Positions 1-5,536 of a DNA stretch of 8,007 nucleotides are shown here, piece after piece. Position 1 is the stretch's first letter. Each line of letters begins with the position of its first letter. The position numbers were made by a program, and so were the translations under genes. This DNA comes from Paramicrosporidium saccamoebae KSL3 (taxonomy: Eukaryota > Fungi > Cryptomycota): assembly GCA_002794465.1 (NCBI GenBank), contig MTSL01000078.1:1-8007 (forward strand). The letters run 5' to 3'. Under the pieces are notes generated by a model. That model worked only from the letters and a program-made list of their open reading frames with translations, did not search any database and was not told where the DNA came from.

Positions 1-189
1 TCTACAAAGAGGACATTATCTGAGACAATGCTGGACAGCTCTCCAACCAAAAAGCAGTCTCTTGAATTTTTAGAAGGTGTTAAGCAAGAATTATGCGACG
101 ACCTGGCAGTTGGTTTTAATTCAAAGTGGCTATCCACCTGTCAAGTTGGCAATTTGTTTGGTATTGAATGTCGAGTGTATAGTAACTAA
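1..189 (+). CDS. Possible 3' end of an upstream protein-coding gene (partial, product unknown)
   Basis: Frame +1 is open from base 1 to TAA at 187-189 (STKRTLSETMLDSSPTKKQSLEFLEGVKQELCDDLAVGFNSKWLSTCQVGNLFGIECRVYSN*), followed by AT-rich sequence. No recognisable domain, and a hidden small intron cannot be excluded. Confidence 0.4.
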   Translation, partial: STKRTLSETMLDSSPTKKQSLEFLEGVKQELCDDLAVGFNSKWLSTCQVGNLFGIECRVYSN

Positions 190-285
190 GGTGCGCATGG
201 GAGCTGTGTATAGTTGTAAAGACTATTAGGAGTTTGTGATTCATAGATACAATATTTAAATTTCAATCTCTCCTTTGTGACGACC

Positions 286-445
286 AGCCCAGTTTGATCC
301 AGTCCAGTCCAACCCGGCTCGGCTCAGCTTAGCTTAACCCAACCCAACCCGACTCGACTCAACTCAACTTGACCTGACTCAACCCAACCCAATCCAATCC
401 AACCCAACCCAACCCAATCCAATCCAATCCAACCCAGCCCGGCTC
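286..445. repeat. Degenerate pentanucleotide tandem array, 32 units, all RRYYY (most common AACCC x10, AATCC x5)
   Basis: Read directly in an unbroken 5-bp phase from AGCCC (286) to GGCTC (441-445), with 12 distinct unit variants. Stop codons occur in all six frames. The array abuts the kinase stop codon. Confidence 0.95.
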
Positions 446-2072
446 TATTCTGTCATTGTATATCGCTTGTTAGACTTGACTTTGGTGCCGGTAGCTTTAC
501 GAATCACTTGGCAGGCCTCGATAATCAGTTGAAGATGCCTTTTTGCATACTTTTTGTGCTCGTCAATTTTACGCTGTACATCAATATCTGACGCTCTCAC
601 ATCTGGCGGAGCCGGCACTTCCAGCAGCGAATGTTTTAGCATCGTCATCAGCTTGTAAATATTAAATGCATCACCTCTATTTTCGTCGCGAATTTCAAAG
701 GGCCAATCGTAGATTTGAAGTCTTTGATTCCTTTCCATCGTCTGCTTTGTCTGCATCTCGTCCAGATATCCAAGCGGGTCCTCCATGTTCTCCATTGTAA
801 AGGACAGGATGCTTGGCTGCTTTCGATGGTGCAGTGATCCCCCGCTCATTGTGAGACTCCGACCAAGGGAGGATGCAAGGTCCGAGTCTGCTTCGCTAAT
901 TCCCGCCAGGCTGGACATGGATCTTTCCCTTAGCAGTCCAGGCGACTCTGGCAAAACAGCTGTCGGCGTTTCAACAAGAAGAGTGCTGCTTGCCGGCTGG
1001 GTCTGGGATGTAGATGACAATGTCTCGTCGCATGTAGAGTTTGACTCGCCTGCCGAACTTGCATTGACTTCATACTCTTCAGATCGGAATGTGCCAAAAT
1101 TCCATCCGCTTTTGACTGTGGCAGCATCATCCTGGACCGTGAGGAGACTGCGACCATCATTGCTGTCCTTGTTAGAGACTTTGTTGCGGTACTTTTCAAG
1201 GACTGCCACCAAAGGCGACGGCCCGCCTCTCTTCATGCCACGGAATACTTTGGATTTTAAAAGATGGTCTGCTGTGGGCCTTTTTTGGGGATCATCGTGC
1301 AGGCAGGAGGAGACTAAATCTCGCATTGCTTGTGAGAATGAAGAATCCAATCTAGGAGGCGCGTTCTTGGGAATGATGAAAATTGCTCTTCCAGGCTCAA
1401 TATTTGCCAGTGGCGGGGCTCCTTTCAAAAGCTCGTAAAGGGAAATTCCCAGTGACCAAATATCGGCCTTGTTATCGTACTGACTTCGCTTGATGACTTC
1501 GGGAGCCATCCAGTATGGTGACCCAACAAAAGAGTTTCTTCGCAAATTGGTGAGCATCTGACTTGCAACTCCGAAATCCCCCAATTTCACCTCTCCCTTA
1601 TCTGTGAGCAAAATGTTTGCCGCCTTAATGTCCCTATGAATGATACTGTTTCCGTGAAGATAGGAAAGGGCAATCATGACTTCTCGTGCGATAAATAGAA
1701 CCAAGGTCTCATCCAGCGGGCCCATCATATCCTACATGGTCAGTCAATAGGGGTGAGCAACTATGAAATGCCGAAAACTGCCCATGGCGCAATAGTCCAT
1801 GATAATCCACAGCCTTGTCCCCACCAGATAGGAACCTCGATAGCGGATGATATTAGGTGAATCACAATTGGAGAGCACACCAATCTCTTTGCGAATTTCA
1901 TCGATTCCCTCCGGGTCATTTTCCAGATTGACGACCTTGATGGCAATAATCTCTCCTGTATGGTTATCGACGCTACCGATGAGCACTCTGTAGCAGTGTA
2001 CCCCTTAAATACCTCGCCGAAAGAGCCATGTCCGATACGCTCAAGCTTTTGATATCGCGACAGGCCGGACAT
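445..2072 (-). CDS. STE20-family Ser/Thr kinase, GCK-III (MST3/MST4/STK25; fungal Sid1/Nak1/Kic1-like); join complement(2002..2072,1762..1972,445..1731), about 522 aa
   Basis: Splicing three ORF fragments restores a full kinase domain: GHGSFG loop, IAIK, alphaC Glu (EIGVL), HRDIKAANILL, DFG, GSPYWMAPEV (STE20 signature) and KADIWSLGI. The N-lobe [30 protein letters not shown] closely resembles MST3/MST4 as recalled. A Ser/Thr-rich linker and a probably helical C-terminus follow. The exact orthologue cannot be assigned. Confidence 0.93.
1732..1761 (-). other. Spliceosomal intron 2 of the kinase, 30 nt, phase 0
   Basis: GTTGCTCACCCCTATTGACTGACCATGTAG has GT..AG ends, a CTGAC branch site and an in-frame TGA. 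Removal joins GSFRHFI to DMMGPLDE. Confidence 0.8.
1973..2001 (-). other. Spliceosomal intron 1 of the kinase, 29 nt, phase 2
   Basis: GTACACTGCTACAGAGTGCTCATCGGTAG has GT..AG ends and a CTCAT branch-like site. Removal corrects the frameshift and gives [12 protein letters not shown]. Confidence 0.9.
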
Positions 2073-2140
2073 GAGCGGTTTAAGACTAATTGTAGGCTGG
2101 CATATAATATAATGTATATGAGAGCGAGGCGCCCTAATAA

Positions 2141-2164
2141 GGGGAGGGGGCTAGCCCGGGTGGG
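2141..2164 (+). promoter_or_regulatory. Canonical G-quadruplex motif upstream of the kinase start
   Basis: GGGG-A-GGGGG-CTAGCCC-GGG-T-GGG fits G3+N1-7 x4 with loops of 1, 7 and 1 nt, about 70-90 bp upstream of the kinase ATG. Folding and function are untested. Confidence 0.45.
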
Positions 2165-2278
2165 TCAGTTATTAAGCTTTTTACACACGTACACACACCC
2201 ACACTCACAATAACGCGTACTTTTCACTCTTATCAACTAAAAATAAAGAATGCACATTTCAATCTACGGACAAGTTGT

Positions 2279-3952
2279 TTATTCACCCGAATTGTGCAGG
2301 GGGCGAACAACGGGAAAAAGTATTACGTCTCTAATATGTTTACAATTGGTCAACAGCATGACCAGCCGATCCACGCCAATTCCACACCCAGCAGTGGGTG
2401 GCATACCTGCTTTCATTGCCTCTACGTATTCTGCATCGGATGGATGCGCTTCGCTGTTTCCGTTTTGTCGTTCTTCGAGTTGAGACACGAATCGTTCGGC
2501 TTGCTGCTGGGGATTGTTCAGTTCAGAGTATCCATTCATTAGCTCTTTTCCGGCAACAAATAGTTCAAACCGCGCCGAAAGAAGATGGTTCTCGGAATGT
2601 TCCCTGGAGAGTGGACTTTGAATGAGCGGATGCATGACTATAAATGTTGGTTGGATACAAAGCGGCTCAATTAAATGCCCTATCAGCTTGTCAAACAAGT
2701 ACGACAAGGTTTGATTTGACGGATCATAACGAATGCCCAGCAGTTTAACCGCTGAAAGCAGCTTCCTCCTCGTGTCCTGTTCGTTTGATAGATCGAAGCA
2801 AGTTTCAAGTTTTTCCTCCAGAAATGGGACGACACTAATCCTCTTGTATGGACCTCTAAAGTCGATTACTTGTCCTTGGTATTCAATGCTTTCTGAATCT
2901 GCGACTAGTTGGGAGAGATGTGGCAGGAGCTCTTCGGAAAGCTTCATCATATCACTGCACGAGGCGAATGATTGGTACATTTCAAGGCTTGTAAATTCGG
3001 GATTGTGTGTTGCGTCTATTCCTTCGTTGCGGAACACTTTTCCAATTTCAAACACTCGATCAAATCCACCTATAATTAATTGCTTTAAGAACAGCTCTGG
3101 CGCGATTCGCAAGTAAACGGGCAGTCCTAGTGCATCCATCCTTGTAACAAATGGACGGGCAGCCGCACCTCCTGCCTTGCTGCTCAGGATTGGCGTCTCG
3201 ACTTCTACAAAGTCTCGATCACTAAGGAATTGACGCAGGTGCTTAATAATTGCACTGCGGGTTTTAAAGTGCCTCAGGTTGGCGGGACGAGATAGTAGAT
3301 CCAGGTGACGTGTTCTGGATCGATGCTCTGGATTCATTTCGGGAGCCTTTATGTCGGGAACATTTGTAATACATGGGGCCGATATCTCTACTTTTTTGGC
3401 CTTTACACTCAACTCTCCGGCCCTTGTGCGACAAACATTTCCATCAACTAGCACTAAATCCCCACGTTGTAGCGAATTAATGCATTTGTCAAAATCATTC
3501 GCACAGGAGGAATAATAATCTTTGCTAATGATGACTTGGACATGCTCGCCATCATGATACAAGTCGAAAAAGATGAGACGAGAGCCCATTTCTCGGAATG
3601 ACAAGATTCGTCCTGCGGTACTGACAAAAGGGGGATTTTCAGCGAGAGCTGCAGCGGACACATTGCCGTAAAGAGCTTGCAACTTTTCAGGTTTGAAAAG
3701 TGACTGAAATGGTTTTGCTTCTGGGTAGAATGGCCCAGAATCTTTTTCTTCCCAAAGTAATTCTTCCCTCTCGTGATACAGCCTAGGCAAGGCTAGTGAA
3801 TAGCGACGACAAGAAAGTATCCTTGTACTGCAATGGCTACAGGAGGACTTTTCATTGTAATACCCACGAAACAGCCCAGTATAATGGCCACGAGAGAACC
3901 CTTCGTTATAACGGCCCCGAGAGAACCTCCCAATGACAGCCAATAATGTCAT
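2279..3952 (-). CDS. MSK1: Class II lysyl-tRNA synthetase, probably mitochondrial, 557 aa, intronless
   Basis: OB-fold anticodon-binding domain (AGRILSFREMGSRLIFFDL...RGDLVLVDG...RTRAGELSV), motif 1 (FVEVETPIL), YLRIAPELFLKQLIIGGFDRVFEIGKVFRNEGIDATHNPEFT (motif 2) and motif 3 (GCGIGVDRLVMLLT). The Arg/Ser-rich N-terminus has an MPP R-3-like site (RRY|S, aa 49-52) and no cytosolic-type basic N-extension. LysRS identity is near certain; the mitochondrial/MSK1 assignment is inferred. Confidence 0.92.
   Translation of the reverse strand: MTLLAVIGRFSRGRYNEGFSRGHYTGLFRGYYNEKSSCSHCSTRILSCRRYSLALPRLYHEREELLWEEKDSGPFYPEAKPFQSLFKPEKLQALYGNVSAAALAENPPFVSTAGRILSFREMGSRLIFFDLYHDGEHVQVIISKDYYSSCANDFDKCINSLQRGDLVLVDGNVCRTRAGELSVKAKKVEISAPCITNVPDIKAPEMNPEHRSRTRHLDLLSRPANLRHFKTRSAIIKHLRQFLSDRDFVEVETPILSSKAGGAAARPFVTRMDALGLPVYLRIAPELFLKQLIIGGFDRVFEIGKVFRNEGIDATHNPEFTSLEMYQSFASCSDMMKLSEELLPHLSQLVADSESIEYQGQVIDFRGPYKRISVVPFLEEKLETCFDLSNEQDTRRKLLSAVKLLGIRYDPSNQTLSYLFDKLIGHLIEPLCIQPTFIVMHPLIQSPLSREHSENHLLSARFELFVAGKELMNGYSELNNPQQQAERFVSQLEERQNGNSEAHPSDAEYVEAMKAGMPPTAGCGIGVDRLVMLLTNCKHIRDVILFPVVRPLHNSGE
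3848..3925 (-). repeat. Three imperfect 24-27 bp repeats in the LysRS presequence
   Basis: FSRGRYNEG / FSRGHYTGL / FRGYYNEK; on the + strand ATAATGGCCACGAGAGAACC (3881) matches ATAACGGCCCCGAGAGAACC (3908). Confidence 0.7.
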
Positions 3953-4105
3953 CGACGCAAAGTCCGATCCCTGTAGGCCAATGAGCTTGTGAGTACCAAA
4001 CGGGACATGTTTCGCTCAAGAACCAATTAGAGATGCGACCATGTTCCAAATATGGTGCGCAATTTAAGGGCACCGACTCACATCCGTTGATCACTAAGCA
4101 CTGAG

Positions 4106-5188
4106 ATGATTTCTAGTACAGCTTTACTAGCTTTTGGACTCATCGTGGCCGTTTCTGGATCCGCCCCTCAATATTATGCTGGTTACAGTGCCATGATGAC
4201 GGCAGTGAATGCCGAGCGTAAGAAGGCTGGCAAGCCGGCAATGTGCAACTCTGCAAAACTGCTGGCGTCTGCTCTAAAGCAAAGCAACCATCAGGCGAGC
4301 ATTCGACAAATGACGCATGACGCACCAGACCCATTGATGAACCGCTTCACGAATCAAGGATTCCCTGCTGGTGCTGTTGCCGAGAATGTGGCATTGACTC
4401 CCTCTGATGATGTGGCAGCCGTCATGTCGGCTTGGATGGGATCACCCCATCACAAAGAGAATATCATGGGCGATTACACTCACTTTGGAAGTTCAGCAGT
4501 GAAGGGTAGTGATGGCCAGTACTATTGGACCCAACATTTTGCCAAAACGACAGGAGCCAAGGAGCCCTGTATGGATGGATCTGCTCCTGCCGGTGGTCCA
4601 AGCGCTCCTTCTGGCAGCCCAAGTGCTCCTTCCGGCAATCCAAGTGCTCCCTCTGGTACCCCAAGTTCTCCTTATGGTAGCCCGAGTGCTCCTAGCAGTA
4701 ACCCGAGTTCTCCTTATGGTAGTTCTGGATTCCCTGCTGGTGGGTCTGAATCTCCTCCTGGCGCTCCAGCTGGCGGGTCTGAATCTCCTACTGGTGGATC
4801 CCCCTCTGGTGGATCTCCTTCTGGTGGATCCCCTTCCGGTGGACCTCCTCCCGGTGGATCTCCTTCTAGTGGAACTCCTTCTGGTGGATCCCCCTCTGGT
4901 GGATCTCCTGCTGGTGGATCTCCTTCCGGTGGATCTCCTTCTGGTGGATCTCCCACTGGCGGATCTCCTTCCGGCGCTCCTACAGGTGGATCAGGATATC
5001 CCGGCGCTCCCACTAGTGGGTCTTTCGATCCCACTGTAGGCTTGTCATCGCCTTCCAATGGACCCAAATATATTTGCCTTCGCGGCAAGTGTTACAAGAT
5101 TGTCAAGAACTCTGTAGGAGAGGGCTTCCTTCCCGATGTTTTTGTACCCCCGAATGTTGACATTAGCCAAGGACCGACCTTGGTTTAA
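4106..5188 (+). CDS. Secreted CAP/SCP (PR-1 superfamily, YkwD/bacterial-like subtype) protein with Gly/Ser/Pro repeat tail, 360 aa
   Basis: Signal peptide MISSTALLAFGLIVAVSG. The CAP domain (about aa 28-147) has VNAERKKAG, MTH (H71), AENVA (E93), W110-MGSPHHKENI and YWTQHF. Repeats span aa 165-289 and the C-terminal segment contains CLRGKC. Confidence 0.9.
   Translation: MISSTALLAFGLIVAVSGSAPQYYAGYSAMMTAVNAERKKAGKPAMCNSAKLLASALKQSNHQASIRQMTHDAPDPLMNRFTNQGFPAGAVAENVALTPSDDVAAVMSAWMGSPHHKENIMGDYTHFGSSAVKGSDGQYYWTQHFAKTTGAKEPCMDGSAPAGGPSAPSGSPSAPSGNPSAPSGTPSSPYGSPSAPSSNPSSPYGSSGFPAGGSESPPGAPAGGSESPTGGSPSGGSPSGGSPSGGPPPGGSPSSGTPSGGSPSGGSPAGGSPSGGSPSGGSPTGGSPSGAPTGGSGYPGAPTSGSFDPTVGLSSPSNGPKYICLRGKCYKIVKNSVGEGFLPDVFVPPNVDISQGPTLV
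4598..4723 (+). repeat. Coding repeat: 6 x 21 bp (PS[AS]P[SY][GS][SNT] heptapeptide)
   Basis: PSAPSGS PSAPSGN PSAPSGT PSSPYGS PSAPSSN PSSPYGS, aa 165-206. Confidence 0.9.
4733..4798 (+). repeat. Coding repeat: 2 x 33 bp (PAGGSESP[PT]G[AG])
   Basis: PAGGSESPPGA PAGGSESPTGG, aa 210-231. Confidence 0.85.
4793..4972 (+). repeat. Coding repeat: 12 x 15 bp (GGSPS pentapeptide)
   Basis: Consensus GGTGGATCTCCTTCT, aa 230-289, with variants GGPPP, SGTPS, GGSPA and GGSPT. Confidence 0.95.
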
Positions 5189-5472
5189 GTAATGTAGCAT
5201 GAAGAAGTAAATATCTTTTTGTATCTAACCCAGACAACAATAGAGGCTACAGATAATAACTGTAAGATTAATAGCAGGTCCTGTTAAGAATTATCTGTTT
5301 GTTAGTGAAGAGTCCGATTCAGATAGCGACCCCACAACCTGGTGTGTCATAGCAAGGGTGGCTGCCTACCTTAATATAACTACTTTGCTCGTTTACCAGC
5401 CCCTTTATCCTTGGTGTCATACAATAATATTTCACTAATTAGGGAGTTCGTCCAATAGTGTTTGAGAACCAA

Positions 5473-5489
5473 TCCGAAACAGTTTCGGA
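5473..5489. promoter_or_regulatory. Perfect 17-bp dyad TCCGAAAC-A-GTTTCGGA, candidate dimeric transcription-factor site
   Basis: 8-bp inverted arms with a 1-bp spacer, ending 48 bp before the ATG at 5537 and directly overlapping a CCAAT box. The dyad is certain; its function is inferred. Confidence 0.45.
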
Positions 5490-5536
5490 GCAATATCATA
5501 AAGTCCATCTGTTCATGGCAGCGCATTAAGCAATCT

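Noticed and set aside
286-445. Array as a telomere, CRISPR array or coding repeat
   Set aside because: It is interstitial with genes on both sides, has no spacers or cas genes, is too heterogeneous for telomerase output, and has stops in all six frames.
450-500. Possible third kinase intron (GTAAAG donor at 500, CTAAC branch; AAG acceptor at 466 or CAG at 450). The 35-nt version would read into the repeat as GWVGLDWIGLG.
   Set aside because: The ORF is already open to its stop without splicing. The AAG acceptor is only 4 nt from the branch A, and all supported introns end in TAG. RNA-seq is needed to revive it.
785-1438. 217-aa + strand ORF
   Set aside because: Antisense shadow of the kinase CDS with no motif of its own.
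2213-2218. ACGCGT as an MCB cell-cycle box for the kinase
   Set aside because: A single hexamer is expected by chance, and functional MCBs usually occur in multiples.
4661-4723. SPYGSPS heptads resembling the RNA polymerase II CTD (YSPTSPS)
   Set aside because: The match is only compositional, just two units have Tyr, and the protein is secreted.
4509-5088. ORFs 4509..5039 (+, VDLLL repeats) and 4714..5088 (-, GDPPE repeats)
   Set aside because: Alternative-frame products of the 15-bp GGSPS repeat; the signal-peptide plus CAP frame explains the region.
5344-5421. GTGTCATA repeated at 5344 and 5414 (TGTCA, TALE-homeodomain-like)
   Set aside because: An 8-mer pair within about 350 bp is weak evidence and the motif is absent from the CAP promoter.
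5462-5536. TTG-initiated 25-aa N-terminal extension of the Tyr/Arg/Pro ORF
   Set aside because: Eukaryotic context favours the ATG at 5537, which begins a signal peptide; the extension overlaps promoter-like motifs.
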